DNA from: Octopus vulgaris
Lineage: Eukaryota
DNA: 64,000 nucleotides
Reading direction: 5' to 3'
NCBI GenBank assembly: GCA_951406725.2
Contig: OX597825.1
Span: 64,666,001-64,730,000, forward strand
Shown: piece after piece, positions 1 through 12,864 of the stretch
Position numbering within the stretch: the stretch's first letter is position 1
How the letters are laid out: each line of letters starts with the position of its first letter
Program-made: the position numbers and the translations under genes
Notes under the pieces: model-generated
Databases searched by the model: none
What the model saw: only the letters and a program-made list of their open reading frames with translations
What the model was told of the DNA's origin: nothing

Positions 1-720
1 GGGGTAAATAAATTAAGTACCAGTTCCGTACTGAAGTCGATCTATTCGATTAGCCCCCTCCCACAAAAGTTTTGGGCCTTGTGCCTAGAATAGAAAAGAA
101 ATATTAAGGCGACGAGCTGGCAGAAACGTTAGCGCGCCGGGCAAAATACTTAGCAGTATTTCGTCTGCCGTTACGGTCTACGTTCAAATTCCGCCGTGGT
201 CGACTTTGCCTTTCATCCTTTCGGGGTCGATTAAAAAAGTACCAGTTACGCACTGAGGTCGATATGATCGACTTAATCCGTTTGTCTGTCCTTGTTTGTC
301 CTCTCTGTGTTTAGCCCATTGTGGGTAGTAAAGAAACAGGTATATCGTCTGCCGTTACGTTCTGGGTTCAAATTCCGCCGAGGTCGACTTTGCCTTTCGG
401 AGTCGATAAATTAAGCGCCAATTACACACTGGGGTCGATGTAATCGACTTAATCTCCTTGTCTATCCTTGTTTGTACACTCTATGTTTAGCCCCTTGTGG
501 GCAATATAGAAATAAGAAATGTTACCACGCCGGGCGAAATTCTTAGCGGTATTTCGTCTGTCTTTACATTCTGAATTCAAATTCCGCCGAGGTCGACTTT
601 GCCTTTCATCCTTCCGGGGCAAATAAATTAAGTACCAGTTCCGTACTGAAGTCGATCTAATCGACTGGCCCCCTACCCCAAAATTTTGGATCTTGTGCCT
701 AGAGCAGAAAAGATTATTTA
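1..720 (+). mobile_element. Head-to-tail array of family A tRNA-derived SINE (Nin/Deu-like core)
   Basis: Tail of one copy at 1-105. Head ggcgacgagctggcagaaacgttag at ~108 with box A and a box B-like gttcaaattcc. Core gcctttc(atcc)...ggggtcgat..aagtaccag recurs three times (~210, ~392, ~601). Confidence 0.85.
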
Positions 721-1017
721 TTAACACCACTTCCTTACTTACTGAGAACACAAACTCATACACACACATTCACTTGCTCTTTTAATCTTAGATTTATTAT
801 CAGATTACCCTACATGTTGTTGACCTACATTAGAGTTATTAAAGTATTGTATTGTCAAGGGCGTGGATTGACAGAATTACTACAGCGTCATAAAAAAAAT
901 GTACTTTGCGGTATTTATTCTGTTTCATCGCACTGTGAGTTCAAATACCACTAAAATTAAATTTACCGCCAACTCTTTCAATGTCGATGAAGTACTGTAT
1001 TTGTATTAATCGATTAA

Positions 1018-1238
1018 CCCTTTCATTACTGTATTTATTTTGAGATGCTCTGTGTTTCTTTCAATTACTTTAAATATAACAAAGAATTTAGCAAAATTAC
1101 TAAGTTATCATTCAGCTAGTGTTAGGAGCATAAATTGTGACTAAGGTTTGGCGGAAGACTTTAATTCAAAACTTATGAAAACAAGACATTTGTACTACAG
1201 AGCCAGAGCAGGTTTTAGCCTGGTTGGTAACGAATGGG
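1018..1238. mobile_element. piggyBac-like MITE nested in the tail of a decayed family A SINE
   Basis: Left end TTAA-CCCTTTCATTAC (1014-1029); right end GTAACGAATGGG (1227-1238), an imperfect TIR with the right TTAA decayed. Related internal sequence occurs in reverse at ~17690-17757. Confidence 0.6.
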
Positions 1239-1329
1239 AAAACTCTTCCTCTTAACGTTACAGTAATTGTGCCTTAATCAAAAATATAGTTATGTTAAAG
1301 ATTCCCTCCTAAGAAATTTTTAGAGTGAC

Positions 1330-1615
1330 GAACATGGTTCAAGTGAATGGGTTTACTCTGAGCTTGTGTCTGTAAGTTTGGCGGAGGACAACTGGGAGCC
1401 CGCCCTTGTATAAGATATCCGTGAGATCATGCCTTCTGTTGTTTCTACGAGTAGCACACGGAGGTTTTCTAGTTTCAGGTGAATTATGCCTTGTTTGAAT
1501 TTTACTCTTTGCGCCTTTCTTTTCGTTATTTGCCTTTTTATACACTCTTTTATGTAATCCCATAATTTATCGTCCCGTACCGTGCCCAGTATTTTTGTCA
1601 ACCATTAGTGGTTAT
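1330..1615 (-). mobile_element. Possible L1/Tx1-like LINE ORF2 linker fragment
   Basis: Minus ORF 1353-1601 (DDKLWDYIKECIKRQITKRKAQRVK..KLENL) resembles the W..IK..IK...I...K region after the L1/Tx1 endonuclease. No catalytic motif is seen. Confidence 0.3.
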
Positions 1616-1640
1616 CCTCCTCCTTACTACTAAGACTACT

Positions 1641-2049
1641 TAAGGCAATGTGTTAGCAGCATCGTTAAGTCTAGCAGTGTTGCTTCGGATTCTTACGTTC
1701 GGTGTCCAAAACTCGCCGAGGTCACTTAGCCTTTCATCCCCTCGGAATCGATTAAATAAAGTACCAGTCAAACGAGGAGAAATATAACAACGACTAACCT
1801 CTTAACCTCAGAACTATTGGTCTTGTACGCCAATTAAACCATCATTATTGTCATCATTACTATTAAGGTGATGAGATAGCAGAATTGCCATCGAGCCGGA
1901 CACCAGTTAATCACTAGTGTCGATGATATTGACTACGCATTCCCTCAAAATTTTAGATCTTGTGCTTGTAGTAGAAACGGTTATTGTTATTATTATTAGT
2001 ATTAATAATAATAATAATTATAATAATGATAATGATAATAATAATAATG

Positions 2050-2090
<41 letters not shown>

Positions 2091-2300
2091 GGCGGCGACC
2101 TGGCAGAATTGTTAGCACACCGGGCAAAATGATTAACGGCATTACATCACTCTTCACGTTGTGAGTTCAAAATCCGCCGACGTCAACTTTGCATTTTATT
2201 CCTTCGAGTCGAGAAAATAAGTACCAGTTAAGTACTGGGGTCTATATGTTCGAGTTAAACCGTTTCCAATCTTGATGGCCATGTACCAAAATTTGAGACC
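1641..2300 (+). mobile_element. Cluster of three decayed family A SINE copies separated by (AAT)n
   Basis: Heads at ~1641, ~1864 and ~2088. Cores gcctttcatccc..cggaatcgat..aagtaccag (1729-1768) and ttattccttcgagtcgag..aagtaccag (2196-2228). (AAT)n at 2003-2088. Confidence 0.7.
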
Positions 2301-2303
2301 TAC

Positions 2304-2431
2304 ATTATTATTATTATTGTTGTTGTTGTTGTTGTTGTTGTTGTCATCCTCTTTCAATTTTGTTTCCATTTCCTGTCGAGTGTCTTCCCAACACTTAGTG
2401 CAAAGAATCTCACAGTATACATTTGTAGGCC
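2304..2431 (-). other. Candidate exon (unverified)
   Basis: Long minus-strand pyrimidine tract (2480-2560) and tttatttccag|GG acceptor at 2432/2431. Phase-1 frame reads GPTNVYCEILCTKCWEDTRQEMETKLKEDD(N)n. The possible donor gtaggt at 2303 lies in a SINE tail. Confidence 0.25.
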
Positions 2432-3366
2432 CTGGAAATAAACACACCAGATCGTTCGTTTACAAAGTCATGTGATAGAAGAAAGGGGCAAGAAAGACAA
2501 AGCGAAAATGAAAAAAAAAGAACACTAAGAAAATAAAAGGGAAAAAAATAAAGAAAATTCACAGCGACAATGCTCTTCTCTTAACTAGTGCAACGTACCA
2601 ATTAAGACAATCTTTTGCACTTCCTTCATGGATAGTAAGCCTGGGATAATTCTCACACTCCCCTATTAATTTTATAATCTTTTATTTAGATTAATCTCAG
2701 TCTGAATTCGGTTAACTTCAGTTTAGTTTATTTAATGATTTTTAACTACTGATACCGACACATCCATTCTTGCATTCTAAATAACATATTTAAATCCACT
2801 CAGATAGTATCGATCTGAAGTATTCTATATTGTGTCTCAGTCTTTTGCTGTTTCAATTCGTATCTTTTTATCATATAAGCTAGAAACTTAAACCTTCTTT
2901 ATCTCGAATTCAAAGTAGTTAACCTCCCTTTAATTCCATCTTTAGTATGTTTGTATTTATCAACTTCGAACTAATGGTCGCATCGATTAACTTTGAAGTC
3001 TCTCGAATTAGCATACCAAATAAGGTAATTATAACTGTTGCAATTTAAATATTTTTCACTTATATACACACCTATACTCAACCGTGTGTGTGTGTTTTTC
3101 TCGTATCAGTGTATAAAAATTCACAAGAATTTTATGTCGGTGCTTTATCCTTTTTTTTGGTTATTGTTTTGAGGAAGGCTCTTTCCCCCTTTCCCTCACC
3201 CTCTCTGTATCTATATGTATATATATACACACACACACTCACACACACATCAGCACACGCTTCATTATTTCACACTCTCCAGAACTCTCTGGGAAACAAG
3301 ACAGCTGCATTGTAAGAGAAAATTATATTGACTAGTACTACTACAACCACTACTACTACTATTACC

Positions 3367-3403
<37 letters not shown>

Positions 3404-3916
3404 TTAATAATAATAACGATGTCTTTTAGTAATAATAACATACACGTTACGAGTGCATTTCTATAGCATACTTTTATTAATGGCAGAATGTCGGTGTTTA
3501 CCTACATATATAAACAGATATAACTTTCTATAATGGATTTTAAAACTCACACTATATTGACAGTATACAATCTTGTGAAAACGCAATAAAAAAAAGACAC
3601 TGAAGTAATAGTAACAATATATATATATATAAGGTGCTCACACCATCCAAACCACGAAGGTATTTCGCGCAAATAATGTCTACCACCCAAGCTTACAAGG
3701 ACGCCTTTGGTCTGAATGTAGGGTTGTGTCAATAAGTTCTTCTGGGGATAGATTTTGTAACATTTGCGGTTTAAGTTATATCTGACTGTATATACATAAT
3801 CTAAATACAATCACTTGAATTTTTATGATGGCCACGTTGCAACAGTAAACACCAAATGTACTATTATAACAATATTGATATTTTCGGTTTCATCAGTTTG
3901 CGGCTTATACATAGGC

Positions 3917-4140
3917 CTCTCTGTGTTTAGCCCCTTGTGGGTAGTAAAGAAATAGGTATATTTCGTCTGCCGTTACGTTCTGGGTTCAAATTCCGCTGAG
4001 GTCGACTTTGCCTTTCATCCTTTTGGGGTCGATAAATTAAGTACCATTTACGCACTGGGTCGATGTAATCGATTTAATCCGTTTGTCTGTCCTTGTTTGT
4101 CCTCTCTGTGTTTAGCCCCTTATGGGTAGTAAATAAATAT
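3917..4140 (+). mobile_element. Headless, circularly permuted family A SINE copy
   Basis: Begins in the tail (ctctctgtgtttagccccttgtgggtagtaaagaaatag), continues into gtatatttcgtctgccg-box B-core, and ends with a second tail. Confidence 0.85.
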
Positions 4141-5338
4141 ATATTTATTATACCGCAATCTGTTCAATCCCGATGGTATGCGCTATGCTTGATTATTTCC
4201 ATTTTACTCAAAAGCCCGCATGCTGGATCTCCCGAAGGTCGTGGCAACATTAGGCCACGTCCTATGAAAAACGTACTCAATAATTAATTAGATGAATAAA
4301 GTAGGAGAGTTTTGCAAGATTATAATATACAGACTATGAACGTGAAGCGGGGTTTCGTATGGATATATTCTATTTGCAATTGCTAATTTATTACTTAAAA
4401 CAAACGACAAACTAAGATTACTAACCACTATTATACACAGTCAGTACTCAGAGTTTTGCTCAGAGCCTTGGATACTATACAGCACAAATACGCGTCAATA
4501 CTCGCTGCGTATCTTTTAGAGCAAAACCACTGGTGCTGCCAGGAAAACAACAAAGGCTTATATCTACGTCAACGTGGTAAAGACAAAGGCTGTTGAAGTG
4601 ACGTGTGTATATGTGTGTGTGTATGTGTGTGTGTGTGCGTGTGTGCTGGTGGGGCAAGGAATTGATCTAGCAACTGTTCGTGACAATAATCTTTATGTCA
4701 GTACTCTGCTACTATATTGACCTTATTTTGCAAATACATAAAAAGAAACGAACAAATATCTAATATGGAAACATTTAAATAAATAAATATAAAGTGTCTA
4801 GACAAATAACATACACATTTTTATAATATCGAAGTCAGTCGAACAATAAATAGAAGACACATAAAGAAGTTCTAATGTATGATTAGTGAGAAAGAGAAAA
4901 GGAGCAAAAGTGAATGGATAAGATAAGTTACACTAGCTAAACTAAAGATTAAAGCTTTTCCTAAGTGAATAAATTAGTTATCAATATAATGACCGGGTCA
5001 AATGTAAATTTCTTCTCTGTCCATAATAAAGCGTTGTGTCAGTACAGACCTGTGACGTGGTTAGACGTACCAAAGCTTTAAATAGAGACATTGTACAATT
5101 CAGGGTTTTGTTTTACTTACTTATCTAGACAATGTCAATATGTACGCAGGTAAACGCGCATGTGTATCGACTGACATACTTAAAAACACAGTAACATTGT
5201 CCTGTCGACCCTTTTTTCTTCTAACTTGCACGCTTAGACATTTACACAATTACCGGTACAAATACATGTAGATGTATACCTCCATATATGTTTATATATG
5301 TGTGTGTATGTTGGTGGGTGTAAGTATATATTGTGTGT

Positions 5339-5721
5339 GGAAGCACTCCGTCGGTTACGACGACGAGGGTTCCGGTTGACCCGATCAACGGAACTGCCTG
5401 CTCGTGAAATTAACGTGTAAGTGGCTGAGCACTCCACAGACACGTGTACCCTTAACGTAGTTCTCGGGGATATTCAGCGTGACACAGAGAGTGACAAGGC
5501 CGGCCATTTGAAATACAAGTACAACAGAAACAGGAAGTAAGAGTGAGAGAAAGTTGTGGTGAAAGAGTACAGCAGGGATCACCACCATCCCTGCCGGAGC
5601 CTCGTGGAGCATTTAGGTGTTTTCGCTCAATAAACACTCACAACGCCCGGTCTGGGAATCGAAACCGCGATCCTACGACCGCGAGTCCGCTGCCCTAACC
5701 ACTGGGCCATTGCGCCTCCTC
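5339..5721 (-). mobile_element. Full-length family C tRNA-derived SINE, 3' module type 1
   Basis: Minus-strand head ggaggcgcaatggcccagtggttagggcagcggactcgcggtcgtaggatcgcggtttcgattccc (boxes A and B). Flanked by an 11-bp TSD atattgtgtgt (5328-5338 and 5722-5732). Confidence 0.9.
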
Positions 5722-5989
5722 ATATTGTGTGTACCTGTATGTTTTTGTGAGTAGTTTTTCTCTTCAGAAAACTTAGGAATGAAACACTTGATATTGGTGA
5801 CCTCATTTTGGTTTTTTTTTATGCTGTCCATAACCACAGAAGTAGTAGTAGTATGTATGGAAAAATTCAGCTATGCAATATGGGAAGGCATAATAAAATT
5901 GAAAATCGATAGTGAATTGAAAATTAAAATCCCCGATACGGAATATTTAAAAAAAAAACATTTATTTTATCTATGTTAGAAAACATTAT

Positions 5990-7700
5990 GTAAAACGAAT
6001 TCTGCGAAGAAAAAGTAATGAAACGGCTTGGAATATAGCTACACTAGTGGCAAAAACAATTACAAGATAAAGAAGAAGATTTTATAGCTAAATCTAAACA
6101 TGAATTTAGTCATCTCTATGTCTTACCAACAATTCATAACAAAAACTTAAGTGAAACACGCAAAAAATCTACGAGTATATACTGTAGTACTTTATCATCA
6201 AAATATTTAAATGAGGACCAAAAGAATCTAAAATAATATTTTAAACCCGTTGTTTAAGTAGTTTCTTACTCCTATTAATGCAACAATTTCTTTCGTTTAC
6301 AAGTTTTATGCAAGTTTATTTAGATATTTTGAAATATTTTCAAAAAAAAACGGACTGTGAATAGAAGAAAGAAAACTTATTGTTTCTTTTGATAAAATAA
6401 GATTTATACAGGAGCCTGGCTCATGAGAGTACAGGTAAGAGAAGATACAATTCTGGTTTGAGGATTTTATAGATGAATTATGCAAATCTATAGAAAATTT
6501 GATAACTGAAGAATGGAATATATCCATATTCGACACTGGTTATTAATAACACAAATCCGGTAGTACGATGTCAATAACCCCAACCTATGTAAATTTAGGC
6601 TTGGGATATTTGGAAACTACAATCTATTAAAGTTCGCTCCAAAGATAATGATATTTTGATGATAATTTTATTTTACGGAAAATGTCGCATAGCAAAATCA
6701 AATGAATTTGATCTATTACAAAATGGAATCGAAAATAATATTCGATTCATAATGGAAAACAGTCAAAAGAAATTACCATTTAGGTTATTTATAGTATTGA
6801 AAGTTAACGTCCAACTTCGACGAATTCGTCTTATAAACTTACTGTCTCGAAGCATCATCTACACTTTGTATCATCAAAACACGCACAGACGCACACGCAC
6901 ACATACACAAAAATTCCATTCAGAACAAAAAGAACAAACATTCCATTCAGTTAAGTACAGATGATAGGTACCAATATGTCTGTTATAAATAACTACAACT
7001 TCAAAAACTTAAGGTGCAACTTCAAAAAATTAAGAGTTAAGGACTTTTGTAATAGATGAGGTTTAGAACAAACTAAAACAACTGATGCTTGGATACGAGG
7101 CCAAACAAAATAGTATACATGAATTATAAGCGTTACTATATGTTCTCTTCCCAATCCCCCAAACCAGCTGAAAACAGAAGCACGCTTGAATTAGATTTTA
7201 CCAAAAACAAATTTAATGCAAATTTTAAAAATTAACCAGAATCATTAGAATAATGTTAAAGAAATATATCATATTTAACGATAATACAGTTAAACAGTCC
7301 ATGAAATTTTATTTGAAATTACTTGCAAGCTCGGGATTCTATATTAAGCTAGTAAAGTATTTTCGGAATGGGTCCGGAAAGTTAATTTATGTGATAACTT
7401 GGTCAGGATATGAAGAGAAATATATTAGACAAACTGGAATCACCTTATGAACATCTATGACACTACATCGTGATACAATTCGATTCCCCTTTGCAGACAA
7501 ATACTTCTTAATGAACATACAAGTACATGTACTGATGATAATCAACAAAGTTTTTATCTCTTTCTTTGTATCAGTCTAAATATGGAACATCTGAACAACC
7601 TCAAATAATACATATCGACCGAGTTAAGACATACATAATTAAATGCTGAGATGACATTTGAGGAATTTATGTACTTTTATTAATTGAGAAAGGTTAACTA
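5990..7700 (+). mobile_element. Decayed Penelope-like retroelement (RT + GIY-YIG endonuclease)
   Basis: GSTMSITPTYVNLGLGYLE (~6559-6615; PLE consensus GTAMG...APTYANL.MGYLE), IRFIMENSQKKLPF (~6739-6781), and GIY-YIG-like SGKLIYVITWSGYEEKYIRQTGITL (~7373-7447). Many stops and frameshifts. Confidence 0.8.
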
Positions 7701-8586
7701 TTTTAACTACTCCCCCTCCTTTTACTGTTAATAAAATGTATTTATTAGCTCTCTTGTTATTGTCAATAACAACTAATTATGAAAGTCTTTATATTTAAAG
7801 AAGAGTAAAAGGTTGAATACATAAACATTTCTTCATTAAGTTTCACAAAAATAATTTCACTTCAGATTTTTCTCTATTTTCAGTCTTATTTTGGCTTATA
7901 TAGAATGTCTTGACGTCTTTTATTTTTAGCAACACACACATACACACACACACGTTTTCCGTTTAAGAACTGTATTGCATATGTGACTACACTCTTGTCT
8001 CTCTTACCGTTTCTAACACTTTCTAAAAGTTTCTTGGTGTTTGGTTGTAAGATTAAAATCTCTACATCAAATATTAGCAGAATTATGGTGTCATACGTTA
8101 AACGCAACTAGTGTCACCGTGATTGTTCTCTCTTCATTGTAGATACAGTCAAAGAGATTGCTATCAATATCAGTGAAATTTTGAATTTTCACTTTTATAC
8201 TTTTAGTCACTAAGGTATTTATTTGTTTTTGTAACCAGTGAATTTTCTTTCTTTCTGCTGAGCTGTGCTATGAGTGATACTTCTATATATAGTCTATTTT
8301 TGTTGAGAATACTTTGGAGTATATCTGTTGTGCACCAATCTTTTCCTGGAGAGCTGTTCTGTGTTTTGTTGTATATTCAGAGAAAAGTTAAGAGAAAGGA
8401 TACAAAACTTTTTACTTTTATTTTTAAAATATCGATAAACCAGCAAAAGCATTTCATTAACCATTATATATGCAGCTCTTTATGATATACAGATACCTGA
8501 TAGTTGATTAATTCGATTGGATAGCGCAATTTCAATAAACCAAGATAATTCTTGATAGCTAAAATCCTGTACTTGCACAAGGATAA

Positions 8587-8824
8587 TTTTCTCATATTCT
8601 CACCATAAACTCACCACAGACTAAAATTTCTGCTCCTCAGACTAACTAAATTCCACTTACAACCGAGATATTATAACGGGAAAAAGCTTATGATACAGCT
8701 TGTCTTTTTCTCATATTCTCACCATAAACTCACCACAGACCAAAATTTCCTCTCCTCAGACTGACTAAATTCCACTTACAACCGAGATATTATAACAGGA
8801 AAAAGTTTATGATGAAACTTTTCT
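8587..8824 (+). repeat. 119-bp tandem duplication (2 copies)
   Basis: ctcatattctcaccataaactcaccacagac...ttccacttacaaccgagatattataac starts at 8591 and again at 8710, with few mismatches. Confidence 0.9.
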
Positions 8825-8899
8825 TGCAAAGACTAGAAATCTTTCGAAGTAACGAACATTACAGGGTTTCACAATAATATTCTGTGTTTAATCCGATTG

Positions 8900-9610
8900 A
8901 GTGAATTAAGAATAAATATTTAGACAACACTAAAAAAACTCGAGATGAATATTGAATAAATTATGCATAATTTATGAAATAATAAGGACAGAAAGACAAA
9001 GATAGAAATACTTTGTCACAGTATTTTGTTCGTAACTGTTAATAAAGGTGGATATGTAGCAAACATTAACTATTTACTTATCGGCACGAAAATAAATGTT
9101 CACAGCCTTCAGAATAATATTACCGCTAAATAAACAAATTGTATAATTGAATAAGTACGAAATATTTGTTTCCCAAATCAGAAGAAGAATTTACCTCAGC
9201 TCTTGACCAGAAGAAAGTAAAATTACATAAACAAACAACTTCCTTCAGAGCCATTAATATTACAAATAAGTACGACTACGCACAAGGTCAATAAATAGTA
9301 ATGTAACCTTATAAAACTTTGCACTATTTAAACAAACAATATACAATCATTTGAAGAATCCCAAGATTCTTAGAAGCAGACGAAATAGGCAGCATCTCGA
9401 GCTTAGATGTATAAATTTTATTTATCAAAGTTTCAATGGCAACAGAAGCCACAATATATTGTGTTTACAAAGATCCAGTACTGAAATAGTTTACTCTGCA
9501 AGAGAACTATTTCACTATGCAACAATATTAACCTTTCTATTTACTCAAGGTAAATTGTATAAAGGAAAAAAATGGAGTAGGTATGGGCTCTCCCTTATGC
9601 GTGACAGAAA
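8900..9610 (+). mobile_element. Second decayed Penelope-like RT fragment (different lineage)
   Basis: KLHKQTTSFRAI (~9220-9255; cf. PKLHK...PLRPI), ISSLDV*ILFIKVS (~9394-9435; cf. SLDVESLFTNVP), and GKLYK followed by frameshifted NGVGMGSPL (9571-9597). Confidence 0.75.
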
Positions 9611-9649
9611 CAAAAACAAATAACAAAGTAGAAGTAAGGCAAGAACAGT

Positions 9650-9695
<46 letters not shown>

Positions 9696-10646
9696 CAGGT
9701 AAATGGAGGTTGTACTCTTCGTGTGACATGCGAAAATATGTAAATATTTTGAATAAAAGGCTCCAACTAGAACTCATTAATGTATTCTTATACTGTTTTG
9801 TATATATATATATATATATAACATACAAACTGATACATATTCCACAACAAAGACACACAGACATAAAACATGTGTGTGTTTGAAAATGCCAAAATATTGT
9901 CAGCACTTCATTGTGATAATTGCTTCTTTACATGTTATTCACCCTTTCATTTCTTTTCAATTTCACTTCGAATTATTCCACTTACATCTTCAGACATTTA
10001 TATATGATATACATATTTTTTGGCATAACATTTCGTTTCTATTATTAAGTAATGTTGAATACAACAAATGGATCGTATATATGCAACTTATTGTCAGCAC
10101 TTCTACAGTATCTATTTATTTTCATTTCTGTCTATCATCATGTATGTGTGTGTATGTGAGCGTGTGTATTTCCCACACGTCAGCATACATCTATATCCGA
10201 GCATATTTTATATAGCTTTATTTCTAAAGAAGTGTGTGTTTGGGCATCAATATTTCATCGCATGCCTGTATATAAACATGTATGTTACAGATAGCTTTCG
10301 TAACAGATTTGACTTTTCCTTTTCTCAAAGCTATTGTTAGACACTCACTGGGGATTTACCACACGTACTTGCTATAAATGCTTTGGATTGCGAAGTGCTT
10401 CTTTACTAATTGATCCAAGCATGACAAATCCTCATTTGGTTTCTTAAAATGTGTAACGTTCACCCCGCCATTCGAACACATTGCTAACCTGGTTCCTACA
10501 CGAAGGTCTACTGAGTTGAGCGCCTGGATTTTAATTATCCCTTCAGTAATTCTTATAATTATTACTAAAGGTCACGGTCTTGCAATTTTATTTTTAATTC
10601 GCGTCTTTCACGCAAATGTCTAAGATTGATATATCAAATTCAAATG

Positions 10647-10696
<50 letters not shown>

Positions 10697-11140
10697 CGTT
10701 TACAATCTTATAACAATTACTCAAGAACAGCCAGCGAGTAATATACTAATTCGTATTAGAACACCCGATGAAGTCTAACGCATTGTCTAAACGTCAGTAG
10801 TTTATATCTTCCTATGTTATTGATCTTGGTTGATTCAATGAGATGGCAATACAGGATCGAAGCTGAATCGCCTTATACAATTTGATACATGCTATCAAAT
10901 GTAAAGGATGTAACAGGGATTATAGAGGTTAAACAAAATATACTCTCAGAATTATACTCACAATTCATCGGCAACTAGTACGAGAATCTAGCACTAGACA
11001 GATCCCAATAAGTGAGCACATAGATATGTTTGTAAAAGAAATAAAAAGTTCCCCAAAACTCTAAGTAGTACAACTTAACATTTGTCCAGTGAGTGCCATA
11101 AATGAAACACGAATAAAGAATACATACATAAATACAATGC

Positions 11141-11186
11141 CTTGTGAGTGGATTTGGTAGACGGAAACTGAAAGAAACCTGTCGTA

Positions 11187-11239
<53 letters not shown>

Positions 11240-11450
11240 ATGTGTGTGTGTTTGTGTGTTTGTCCCCCTAGCATTGCTTGACAACCGATGCTGGTGTGTT
11301 TACGTCCCCGTCACTTAGCGGTTCGGCAAAAGAGACCGATAGAATAAGTACTGGGCTTACAAAGAATAAGTCCCGGGGTCGATTTGCTCGACTAAAGGCG
11401 GTGCTCCAGCATGGCCGCAGTCAAATGACTGAAACAAGTAAAATATAAAG
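11141..11450 (+). mobile_element. Family B (CORE-like) SINE, 5'-truncated, with internal (TA)n(TG)n
   Basis: ttgtgagtggatttggtagacggaaactgaaaga, microsatellite, then cttagcggttcggcaaaagagaccgatagaataagtact...gactgaaacaagtaaaa. Confidence 0.85.
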
Positions 11451-11967
11451 ATAAAGATAAAAGATACCATCTAAAAGACTCTCAGTGCATTTTCGACTAC
11501 AGTTTTTTGTATATTTCTACCTACGTGGAATAAAATAATTTATATGTGTTTTTGTGTGCACATCAAAACACAGACATACACACAACATACATAGATATAT
11601 AGATGCACACAATATCGCTTAATCTATCAATCATTCGATGTAATCAGGAAAGAGACTGACCAAAATCTAGTTGCTAAAGAATATATGAGCTGCCATTCCC
11701 AGATGGAATCCACAGTAATCATCGATGATGAAGGACCACAGGACTCGCAATTTTCCGTTAAGAATTTAAAACTGGAAAACAAGATTGCCCTCAGATGCGA
11801 ACAAATTCAGTTAATGATGCTATGAACTTTTAACTCATAGCAAACACACACGCACACAACACCCACACACAAACACACACATACACACAAGTAACAAAAA
11901 ATCACAAGCATATACACATAAACAGACAGTCATATGCGCATATCCATCTATCTCTCTAAACATATCT

Positions 11968-12178
11968 GCTTCTTTATTACCCACAAGGGGCCAAACATAG
12001 AGGGGGCAAACAAACGGATTAAGTCGATTACATCGACCCAAGTGCGCAACTGGTACTTAATTTATCGACCCCGAAAGGTTGAAAGGCAAAGTCGACCTCG
12101 GCGGAATTTGAACTCAGAACGTAACAGGCAGACGAAATACGGCTACGCATTTCGCACGGCGTTCTAACGTTTCTGCCG
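11968..12178 (-). mobile_element. Family A SINE
   Basis: Reverse complement of the head, box B, core and tail (tttctttattacccacaagggg...aacgtttctgcc). Confidence 0.85.
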
Positions 12179-12564
12179 TATATAGGTGTGCGTGTGTGTA
12201 TATTCGGTATTCGTATAGAACTCTTATACATACATATGTGTACGTGTATGTGTATATGAAAATGTATGCGTACATGCATAAAATATGTGTGTGTGTTTTC
12301 ATAATACGTGGAAAGAGAAAGAATAATTGAAAGAACTGGACAGAGAGCGATTACGTATTTGAAATTGATTTCTACCCAGCCAAGTTTTACGTATTTCTCG
12401 GGTCCTTAACTCGTTCGTTTTGTATCTGGATATATTATCACTACAGGAAACAGAAGAATTCGTATTGGCCGAGCAACTGTTTTCTTTTCTTAAGCTTAAT
12501 TTAAGACGTTGCAGACGTATGAAAATCGAAAATAAATAGAACATCATGTAGTATAAGTAATAAC

Positions 12565-12613
<49 letters not shown>

Positions 12614-12738
12614 TGAACAACAACAGCAAAAACAAAAGCGACAACTATAAAAACATATGAAGAAAAAGAAATCAAAACAAAAAAAGAAAAAGCAGGAACA
12701 ACATTTATATAATCATACTTCCAATACAGATGTTAAAA

Positions 12739-12864
12739 TCAGAAAGCAAGTTTGGCGTTTACCAGAACTATATTTGGTACTGTTCTAAGAGTAAAATCAG
12801 GAAATCGGGGAAGCAGCCAAGCGATCACCAAATAGATGTGGCTTATTGCAATGAGGAAGGACAT
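12739..12864 (-). other. Candidate exon after a strong minus-strand acceptor (unverified)
   Basis: ttctttttttgctcttgttttttgattgcatccacag|ATG at 12865/12864. Frame 0 reads MSFLIAISHIYLVIAWLLPRFPDFTLRTVPNIVLVNAKLAF*; phase 1 reads VLPHCNKPHLFGDRLAASPIS*. A consensus donor AG|GTAAGT lies upstream at 13145. Confidence 0.3.

Noticed and set aside
12299-12547. 82-aa minus ORF MMFYLFSIFIRLQRLK...
   Set aside because: No recognisable domain or convincing splice signals; more likely UTR or intronic sequence.
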